From Balanoglossus misakiensis (taxonomy: Eukaryota > Animalia > Hemichordata): a stretch of DNA of 64,000 nt. Position numbers and translations under genes: made by a program. Under the pieces are notes generated by a model. That model was not told the origin of the DNA, made no database searches, and saw only the letters and a program-made list of their open reading frames with translations. Below, in pieces: positions 28,001 to 39,097 of the stretch (position 1 is its first letter; each line of letters starts with the position of its first letter). The stretch lies in the NCBI GenBank assembly GCA_040954595.2, contig CM082582.2, positions 8,062,063 to 8,126,062 on the forward strand. The letters are read 5' to 3'.

Positions 28001-31000
28001 ATATGTCTTGTATCAATGGCAGCTTTTCATTACGGGCAATTCAGAAAATTGACAGATCTAATTGACATACATGTTTATGGGTCAGGGCTTGAAATTCATG
28101 ATTATCCTGTGTCCACAGTCTACTAGTTCTTGTCTTGGGGTGACTATATTTTGTTGCTACCAGTAGACGGCCAGCTGGACTACCCCAAGTTCAGATAACA
28201 TAGACATATGGCTTCAACACACAATATAGTCTTTGCTGAGAAACGTGAAGAAGACTGCTGCTGTTTAAATGGTCTCTCCACAAAAGTATCGGTCCACAAA
28301 TATCTAATTTCTTGAAACCGAGTTATTTTTTTCCAGTTCAACTGGAACAGCATGCAGACAGAATCAAATTAGACAGCGCAGCCGTAATTGACATGGAAGA
28401 GTGCACATTCACTGGTCGGGCCACAGAAAGGCAACAGCATAGCCTCTTTATTAACCTTTCAAGTGCAGAATTGAATGTATGGAACCAATGATACCTGATA
28501 CGATTATATTTTATTGGCCCGCAGGCTACAAAACTCAAAGGTGCACTCCAATTTGGACTTACAGGATGTAATGCAGAGTCAATGTTGGGTATATTTATTC
28601 AGTTGCTTTTGGAAGTATGCAACTTTTTTGTGTCAGTAATGAAAGTTACTCAAATTAGACTCCTTTGGTGTAAAATTTGAAGATGGCTCCTGTAGGATGG
28701 TGAATTGAATTCGAGTGGGCGTTTCTGACCAACTTGATGGCCCTCTGCGGTCGTTCTCCTCATCCTGACCGAGACTTTAAAATGGCGTTACTAAACTGAT
28801 TTCAAGGTCTGGATGGAGGCTGTAGTTGCTTGAGAAATCACTGGGCAAGGTCGTGACTTTGATTCTGATTCTGACGGGACAGATTATCTGTCTCTTCTGC
28901 AGCATCTTCACGCTTAATTGCATGCCCAGTCGGCAGAATTGTCCAGAACATCAAAATGATACTGACTGCCCGTCAGTGAAAATCAACAAAGGGCGATGCA
29001 GCAAAAGTAGTGGATTGTCATCCAATCCAGTGAACTTCCTGTGCCAATAATACGGCCTCCTCAAAATATGAAAGTTTCATCTCAACTGATGTATAATTAT
29101 GTACATAATACTATAATAGAAATATATTTCTATTGAAAAAAATAGCCATTGATGAATCATCCGGTTGCCGATGCAGAATCACTCAAGTTCAATAAAATTT
29201 AATACACACGCATATATGATATTGAAAGTGAGATATCAATATTTTTTGTATGGTATGTTGCATTTCGATGAGTGAAATTTGAATAGATGTCTGTCAACCT
29301 TTCTTCTGATGAGTGACTAAGTAGATTTTATCATTAGGCTTTGATAAAGCAGAGTAGCTTCCTTGTATCATCAGTTTCCATTCATCAGATTGTTCCCACA
29401 AAGGAGAAATTTAGATAGTGAAGTCGATTTTCATGTCTCACAAAACAAGGCAGTATGCGTTTGAGTCAGATACCAGGTCTTGTAGCCAGTTGAGTTGATT
29501 TGTTTCTCCAGTTCTTCAGATACCCACGGCGATCGGAAACAGGCTTTCCAAATGATTCTTTTCTTGATTTTTTAGCACACAGCACTGTCGACTTCTGCAT
29601 ATCTTGACGATACAATGTCAAAGTCCCCGACAGATGCGAAAGAGGAGACCCAAGATTATGTTGCATTCGGAACGCAGTTTTATTGAAGAATTACTTACAA
29701 ATTAGAGAACCACCTAACTAGAAAATATTTCTCTCACCATGCGGGGTGATTTGGAGGAATTAAAAGGTTACAATTAAGGTCCGAAATAGATCTTTGAGAG
29801 TTGGTCAGCAGAATGATGAGAATTGAATCGGACATGTTTTGCGTGATGGAAGTTACAACTGATGTTATTTTCATTCCTGGTGGCATTTTGCGGTGTACAT
29901 AATGCCATCCAGTAGGTGTGTGTGTGTGAATACTACTTAGAGATGTGTTTTTTTCAAAAGTAACAAAAGGATGTGGATTTCAGAACATGATTGATTTCAT
30001 ATCATGAGATTGGTCAGTAGCCTGTTTTTCAGAGGCTATTTCCAGTTTTATTTTATATAGACTCTGAGATTGTGGGATTTGTGCAGCACACTACGGTAAC
30101 TCTACTTCTAGATATTGGCATGAGAGTTACTATGTGCTGTACATGTATGTATGTTCGAATGAACGAGAAACAGCACAGTCTAAAGTAGGCAGAAGGATTG
30201 TTGACAAACTAACCTAGATACCGCGTCAATATTTGGCCGTAGGACACAGTTTGCGTGTTGCAGTACCGGTACTCGTTATATACCGAGACCGCTCAGGGAG
30301 ATCCTCGGCAAAAGCCTTGACCCAGTGTCTGCCAATCAGAACACATCGCCAGAAAGCAAGACACTCCAGATTGTGGAACACTTTTCAGAAGGAAAAGGCA
30401 CGCGTTGGCCCCAATAACGTTGTGTTGTTGTCCTCGACACGAATATCTGTATTTGGAGTGTGTCTTTCCCGTCACGTGTGATTTTATCATGAAGTACATG
30501 TAGCTCTATTGCCTGACTTCTGTTCTGCCATCAAAGTTTACGATCCAATATCAATTAAATAAAATCTTTTTCGACTCTGCCAACCTGTCCAACAGAATTT
30601 CCCAGGCCGGGGATAACTCCGCCAATGGCCCTCCCCAGAATTGGAATATACTGTAATGTGAGGCTAGCGGAAATAAAACGACATGGAAAAATGAGCCAGT
30701 TGGGATCATTAAAAAAGCTTTACATTTTTGCGTTGTGGGTCATTTGGTGTTCAAATGATGGCAAAACTGCCAGAAATGTTTCATAATGGGAAAGTTATTA
30801 AGCACTTGATCGTTTGCCCCGGAGTGAAAAGTATTTGATAACCTCTGAGACTGATTTTTAATGAGAACTGCGGTCTGTCATAAAAGGTGTTGTTGCGTTA
30901 ACTCCCTGCGCAGTTCGGGCGGATCTGCGTAGCGGTATGGGGTTGCCGTGGGCGATACCGGGAGATAAAAAAGAGTTGTCAATAGCAATTTCTATCAGCG

Positions 31001-34000
31001 TCAGATTGCGAAACGTGTTATTGAAAAAAAGTTATGAAACATTCTGATGAGATATGAAAGCTGGGTGAAATTGTTCCCCGAGTATTTCATTCATCTGTCG
31101 TGCTTCGATAGCATGATCTGTTTTTCATAACGTGATCTGTATTCGAAATAATTTTGTTTCATCAAAATCGTGTCGTGAATTATAATATGTTACCTCTGCT
31201 GAAGAACTTTCTGAAAACTTTCAACAAAATGTTGCTTTTTATGATAACTGTCATCCCTATGAAACAGATGGTTAAAGAGTCACCAATATGTTTGTATTTG
31301 CCCAATGAACGTGACCTTGGTGTGTTCTCCTGAGCTGATGAGTTGTCACACACGCGTGCCATTATAAATTCTGACCAAGTCAGGTTGAAGGCAGCATTTT
31401 GTGTGTGTTTTGCAGCAAAGCTCAATTAAATTTTTGCACAGGGCCAGCGTAGTTTACAGTGCAATTAAACCATTGCCTGGCTGATTACTAGTACATTGGA
31501 TTTTCAGCCTCTGGGCCAGTCATCTTAAAAAAAAGTGTATGGCTTTACCACAGTCACGCCCCTTCGAATGACTTTCAGTCGTCAAACATTTCTCCCCAAA
31601 GCAATATCAATATATATATGACAGTGTGATTTGCAAGAAAATGCCTGCTCCTTCTAGTACAAAACAGGAGGGCAAAAGCACAATGCTTGAATAGATGAAG
31701 TTCAATGGTGCATATTCTCTTCATGTGTCAAATCTCAAGTTCATCGTCAAGTATATGTGCCGTATACCATTGATTGCCAGGTGCAGAGATCCCTGGCTTC
31801 AATTGCCAAAACGGGGAAATCGATAATTGACGAGCCGTTATACAGTTGCCACTGCTTAAATGCTGACAATAAAAACTCTTTATCGCCAGACCTTCAAAGT
31901 GGTGGTGCAGTCGTCTGGGGAGATATCAATCTGGAAAAAAAAATTCCGGCCGTTTGTTGAATGCCTTGGAGTGCCACATGGTGGTCGGATGAAATGATGC
32001 GGATCCAATGCACTTTCCGGTTCTATCAGAATTTGGGGGACAGAAACTTTTCAAGACAGTGCTCGGTTAAATTTTATTGCGTGTCATTGATGTCGATCTT
32101 TAACAAGTTTGCTGTTTATAAAACGTTGTCAGCATCACCAAATTTGCGTTCAGCGTGACGTTAAACTGCAAAGTACTGGTGCAGATTGGAGATTTCCAAG
32201 TCAACATGCATCAATTTCTGTATTCATACTCATTCGAGATTTAACAAGGAATTTAACCTGTGTCCAGTAATAGTGAAATTCTGATTGCTGCTTGATAAAA
32301 AAAAGATTGCTCCATGAGTTTTGATTATCGCTCGCTTACACACAATGCAAAGGTACAGCAACTAATGCGATAGGATTTTTGTGTGTGATTAAGTTTTGAA
32401 CAAGGAATGGAACTTCGAAAGATTTGGTTTTCTGTGCAGAAGGCCAATAAATCCAAAGGGAAAAGTAAAACTAATCAATTTTACAGAGGAAAATTTCTCT
32501 GGAATTCAATTCTGTCATTGTTGATTCCTCCTTTAACCTTTCATAAGTGTATTCACAAAGTTTGGTTGAAAGTGGTGATGTAAGTTAGTTTGATGTCGTA
32601 TTTTAGGTGTTCAATGCATACTGCTTACTGTAAAAAACATTTGAAACCTAAATACTGCGGCACATGTAAACTCACAGAGCATGGAAATAATTTCTGATTC
32701 ATTTTAATGCATTGTCGCGGACAGAAGTGACAGTTTATCAGCCTTGTGAGGCTATACATGTAACTTGCCGCTGTTGTTAGCTGGCCAGTGTGTGTATACT
32801 GTCACCCAGGTGCCCCACCTCAGCTCACCATTGTCGTGTAGTATCAGTGATACTAATAATTCAATTCTCTCTACTATTTGCTGTTCCTAATCCAGGCATC
32901 GGGAAAATCCCAAGGATCAGATGAGGTTGAGTCAGCTGGAAGCGTAGAGTCGGAAGAAAAAAAGGATACCGTTGCTAGCGAAGAAAAAGGTATGTGATAA
33001 GATCAGCTTTGCTCTGCCTGGTATATGCAGTGGGAGATTGGATTGACAAGCGTTCAAGCTCCCTGGATTGTTCTGGAAGCTGGGTGGCTCTCCGGGATTA
33101 AACTCACAACAAGAGGAAAAGAGTGCGTGTATGCGGAATCATGATTTCTAAGAAACAGGGATTCCTGGAAAGAGAGAGTGCGTGTGTCAGTCAAACAGAA
33201 TTTCTAGGACGTTTGTGTCAGTTTGAGACTTAAAATTCCTTTCAGTTGACATTGCTTTTGGGGGGGGGGGGGGGCTGGATAATTAAAACCTGCACACTAC
33301 AAAACGCAAGTTTGAAGAGGGGTCTTACAGCATATATCTACATGTGAAGTTGCACCCAATGTTGCCATGTGTGGAAAGCATTGTTGCCACTTGATGGCGC
33401 TCTTCAGACTTCAGCAGTAACATACACAAGACACGCTTCTCTGTTGTGTACACATTGCTCTCAAGTTTGAGTCTGCAAATTATACACCAAGTTTATTCAC
33501 AGCTGTCACGGTTTCAAATTCCACTGCTTGTTTTATAATGGAAACATAGGAATCAATATTTGAGTTTGCTTTCTGGCAGCTGTTTACAGCACCGTGAAAG
33601 CTATGTGTGGTCCAGCGTGTTAAATGTACTCAGTCACATACGCAGAAAAGGGTCAAGTTTAATATCTCCTATAAACACATATGGCAGTGTTATCTGTCGG
33701 AAATGAAATCTCAGGTCGATATCAAGATATAACACCATGAGTGCCACTTATTGCAATACAGCTGTTATAAAGACTGGCTGGCAGTCCTTTGCTTCAGATT
33801 TTGAATGTCCTGGGCCATTACTTAGACTTGGTGAAATCAATTTCTGTCCAAATTTACAACAGGAGGGCCAACAGTGGTTTTCCCCCTCTTTTACAAGGCA
33901 ATAGTCCAGCAGTGTCTTGGTAAATTAGTTTCCTTTTGAAAATCGCATTTCATGAAGGCGAGTTTACTTCAATCTGAAAGAAAAAGATGGTGCGATTGTT

Positions 34001-36417
34001 TGTCTAAATAGTCTAACGTGTTGGTGTTTGATGTTCAACAGATGCAGATGAGAAAGACGAAGAAGAGAATGTTGTAGTGGATAACTCTTATCTCTGCCAG
34101 TACTGTCCGGCCAATTTCAAGACCTACTTCCAGCTGAAAACACACATGGTCATTCATAAAAACGAACAGGTAGGGTCAACGTCTTTCTACTCATGCCCAC
34201 ATAAGGGCATTTGATTTCAACTTCCTTGCAAAGTGGTCTTTTAATACTCACTGTGAAGATTGGGGTGTGTATTACTATTAGCAACAGTGTGTCAGGGCTT
34301 CACCCATTTTTTTCTAGCCGTGTACATCACTCCAGACGTTTCCTTCCCTCTAACTCAGCAATAATGTAACTGTGGTCAGTCACACTGACAGTTCTCATAG
34401 CACCATTGTGTTCAAATCAAAACCAGATTACGTGTACCTCCAATTTAACCATGTCAAATTATCCTGTCTAATGGCACTCTCGCAGACATTTCCGCAGATT
34501 AGACATAAATTTCACAAAAGCTATTGATCGAAAATCATGCAGTTCTGACACATGACACCACTGACGTGCCCATCAATGTTTAAAACCTATTTTAATGATG
34601 TGTCGGATCGTATTTCACGTTTTTTAAGAATCTTATTTCTAATTGTGTTGTTCCCGCTAGGTTTACAAGTGCATCCTGAAGACGTGCGGACTGGTCTTCA
34701 AAGATCTTGACAGTTTCTTGGAGCACACGAAATGTCACGAGAACGACATGACGTACCGTTGCCACCTGTGCAACAAACATTTCCCGTCTCTCTACGAGTT
34801 GGGCGTTCATCAGTATTCGCACAGTCTGTATCCGAATCAAGGCCCTAAACCTGGCCCGAGGTGAGTCAATAAAGTTGTTTGAAATCGTGGAAACATTGCA
34901 GCTGAGGTAAATTCGTATGGTTGCAGTTGAATATCAGGTGTCTGATTTCTAATGTAGATTTATGGATTTGAATTTAATACTGGGTGGAATTATTAGTGTT
35001 CTGTCACTGATGTATCAATGGTCAGAAGAGGAATGATTTTGCGCAAACAACACCATGATTTCTGTTAGTGAAAAACTTGTGTCCGAACTGTTCTCGACAG
35101 ATACTTCCAGAGCTTTGATCATTTGCAGAACATTCTACTGAGATGACACGTTTACTTATTATTTCTTTCTTCTTGCCCAGGTATTTCCGTTGCAACAAGT
35201 GCATGAATAAGTATGCCACCCCCGAAGCGCTGGACCACCACCTGGCCACGTCGAACCACTCCTACCCGTGCCCGCACTGCGACAAGACGTTCCCTTGCGA
35301 GCGCTACCTGCGGAGACACTTGCCCGTGCACGGCACCATGGGGGAGCACGTGTGCAGCCACTGCGAGAAGCGCTTCAAGACGGAGCACTACCTCAAGATG
35401 CACATGCTGATCCATACGGGCGTGAAACCCTTCAAGTGCACGCAGTGCGAGGCGGCGTTCAACCGCAAGGACAAGCTGAAGCGCCACATGCTGATCCACG
35501 ACCCCGTGAAGAAGTTCAAGTGCCCGTTCCGCACGCACACCGGCTGCACCAAGGAGTTCAACCGGCCGGACAAGCTCAAGGCGCACATCATCGCGCACAG
35601 CGGCATCAAGCCCTTCAAGTGCCAGTACTGCAACAAGAGCTTCAGCCGCAAGCCGCACATGCTGGAGCACGAGCGCATGCACACGGACAACTACAGCATC
35701 CGCTGCGACAAGTGCAAGAAGGGATTCGCCCGGGAGAAGTACCTCAAGGAGCACAAGTGCCGGCCCAAGCTGCGGGCGGGCCGGGAACTCAACAAGCTGA
35801 AGGACGCGGAGGTGGAGGAAGAGGAGGAGGGGGTGGAGCAGGCGCCGGTGGTCCACACGCGTACGAGGACGCTCCCCAAGCGGCGAACCGCCAAGATGAA
35901 AGTGAGCGAGAAGATCCAGGCCAGCAAGAGGGTCATACGGAAGAGGGGGCGGCCGCCGCGAAAGGTCACCAAGGTGACCGCCGTTGTCAACGAGGCGGAA
36001 GAGCCCAGTCACTCGAGCACGGACGACATACAGAAAGACTTGGAGCTGATCAAGGCGCAGATGAACCAGAACAAAAACGCCAGCGACGAGAGCGGCGGCG
36101 GCATGCTGGCGGCCAGCGGACTGCACACGGACGTCGACATGTCGGCGCAGGGCGGAATCTCCGCGGCGACGGTCGCCGTGGACAACGACGACCCGCTGAC
36201 CACCGCCACCCTGCAGCACCTGGGAGGCGACAGCACCACAGTATTCATCCACCACATAGACTCCGCGGACCGACTGGTGCCCGCCACGTCACAGGCCTCC
36301 ACCCCGATATCTGAAGCCGCGCCGGGCGAGACGGCCACGTCCCTGCTGGAAGGTACGTCCATAGCAGAGAGCACAGACGAAGAAATGTACCTAGGAGCAA
36401 GTGAAGCACTATCGTGA
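22056..36417 (+). CDS. ZNF341: Zinc finger protein 341 orthologue; join(22056..22089,24468..24551,26137..27092,32896..32989,34042..34169,34661..34860,35181..36417), 2733 nt, 910 aa
   Basis: All introns are GT-AG with compatible phases. The N-terminus [30 protein letters not shown]...[28 protein letters not shown] matches human ZNF341 ([28 protein letters not shown]...[28 protein letters not shown], from memory). It has a Q/P-rich region and about 12-13 C2H2-type fingers, including [23 protein letters not shown] and [22 protein letters not shown]. Exon 32896-32989 rests on splice signals and phase only. Confidence 0.92.
23655..23748 (-). mobile_element. About 90-bp MITE-like element with TT(T/A)A-CCC...GGG-TTAA ends (piggyBac-like non-autonomous)
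   Basis: tttaccctttcacccc...gaccaaaccatttaagtgaatgggttaa has short terminal inverted repeats. Related sequences occur at 41437, 44387 and 57707. Confidence 0.55.
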
Positions 36418-39097
36418 AATCACCATGTGGGAATAAAGACCGTCAAAGTTTTCTCAATATACAGTAAATAGTTGAACTTTAAGAACCTACTGGCTGATAT
36501 TTGAACAAACAAAATGGCTATTTTCTTCAACTTTGAATTCATACACGGTTTCACTGGTATGTGCCCCACCCAAAGTCTGATAAAATTTTAATCTCCCTTG
36601 TGAGATATGTGCATATTTATAAATCTTTATTTTGTACATTTTTGAAATAAAATTTGTAGCAGTTGTTCCTTACACTAAGCAGCTTGTTACCAGCACTTTC
36701 ATATGGAATGTATAATAATAGTAACTTTGTAAATTACCATCGTCAGAGATAATTGATGCAGTGTTCCCCCTCTGTCAAATGTGTGCATTCACTCAATATT
36801 TGTGAAATGTATCTTTGAGAAAAACTGAATCTATCTTTGCCCTGTGATTTCCTTCAGATATGAACTGCCTGGTACAAGATTATGTGTATATTTAGGGGAA
36901 AATATCACTGTAGAAAATTGATGGAATTGTTTGCATGGACACCTTTCTGTGTAGTATTGAATTCATTGTAGTGTATAAGATTTGTGGGTCTGTTTTTCCC
37001 TGAATATTATTACCATGTAGACATGTAGATAAATTTCCTCGTGAACCAAGCCTTCAAAACCACATTCGTGTACAAAATAGTATACCCTCAGATATCCTCC
37101 GTGTGTCCGCTAGCTTTCTCTGTCAGGCCAGAGTCTCAACACTGATCAGCAATCCGGAAACCCAGGTGGCATTTTCATTCAGCTACATAATGTGTTTTCA
37201 GTGAGCGAAAGAAATCCCACAGATATGAAAAGCAACACTCCATGGCCAACCATCAGTGCTTACAAGCCCATGTTGGTAAACTTGATACAAAAGGATTAAA
37301 ATAATCAAATTTAAATTGTGATAATAAAGGTATATTTTCCCAGTAAAGTTAAATTTGGGGCTCACTTGTATCTTCCATTGTAAGCAGTTTGCGTTAGGCT
37401 TGACAAGGCAAGTGGACACAATGTGGCAAGTTTTGGCATCAGTAACTTTTGGAATCCAGATGTAATTCTTTTCTAGTACAAAAAACCATGCGAAATACTA
37501 AATATTGAATTAAAAAAATAAAACGTTAGTCATTGCTTGATACATGAAGTCAATGTTTTATGGATTTCTTTTAACATAATGTCTACTCTTGCTCTCTCCT
37601 AGGCATTTCAGACTATTCTAATTGGGGTTGAATTTTCAATTTCTTGTCATTTATGAGCATTACAAGGAGTGTTGGCGAAGTACTGGAAGAAAAATCGAGA
37701 GCATTGTAATCAATGCATGTGAAAGCCAACATGATTTTCTGAACCAGAGTGCAACATGTCTGAACCACAAGGACTAAAAAAAAAACCAACGGGATTATTC
37801 CAGCAGCCCTCTGTAAGAATTTCATCCGTGTAATATTTGTCAGTCTGATCCCAGGGCTAACACCACTCGATTCCCTTCCTGGGAATTCCTGCATTAACCC
37901 ACCAGGGACCAAACACGCACAAACTGAGTGGCGTGTGCGGTAGCAACTCTAATCCTTTGCAATCACTTGGCAGGATTATGGCACTGTAAAACTGGTGTTT
38001 TTCGGATTCCCCAACATATCCAGGGTAAAGCCTTCGCATATTAAACATTGATGACTGCAATGTGCCAGCGGATTACTTGAAGGTAATACGATATGGCACC
38101 ATAAAACCACCACTTTTGGTGTCTCGTCTGCATTCTGCAACTGCTGACATCTCGCGCAGCTTTTTATCTTCAATACGATGTGGAGATTAAAAGTGAAGCT
38201 ATACTTTTATGTGCACTATCATACTTGTCTAAAATCAATCCAAAGGAACATCTTTTACTATACAGTGATAGTAAAAAGTTCATAGATATACAATAGATGC
38301 AAAATTGTTTACCAGTGGTATCGTGGTTGCCATGGTGACTTATATCAGTTTTATGTAAAGGGGGGACTCTGAGGTTGCTGTGGTTTCAGTAAGGGTGAGG
38401 AAAATCCATCATTTGGAAGTGTAAATTGTCAATAAGTCTGTTGAAGTGCCTCACTGCATCACAAGATTAAGTTTTAAGTGAAAAATCAGCCCCTCTCCTG
38501 GGCTTGAACACATTACTCTTAGTTTAAATCCCCCCCCCCCCCCCGGATCGACAGGCAACGGCAAGTAGTCGCAGCGCCACCAAGAGGTAAGATTGATATT
38601 GCTTTCGTCACATAGCCCCTTTCAAATATAGGATCTCCATATAATCAGATAATTTTCAAAGCTCTTCGTCAATGCAAACATTGCGAATTCGTATTAGAAA
38701 TAAAACTATATAAACCGAAAGAATCAGTAGATAAATGTTGTACTATTGCGACATGTTTGCCTTACTTTAACAAACCTAGGGACCTTTAAGTTTGTATGGC
38801 TGCCTTTTAGTGCGCGACACATTTTTCCTACACATAACCGAATGCACCAAGTGCTTTCACAATATTTTTTTTTTGTTCCATCCTGACTGTATTTAGTATC
38901 AAGAGGAATTCAAACAGCATAAGTATGTTCAAAGTTTCGAAAGAATGAGGTTCGATAATATTATCAATCAATAAACGCTAGCTTGGGGGTATTCGGCTTG
39001 AAGAAATATGGCGTACAAGTAAATGTGGAGCTGCGCCATTACATTAACTGTCCGAAGTGTGAGGTGATTTCTCCATTACATTTGATGAGCTGCACCC

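Noticed and set aside
35152-36314. 367 aa minus and 348 aa alternate-frame ORFs over the last ZNF341 exon
   Set aside because: Same shadow effect; they are confined to the real exon.
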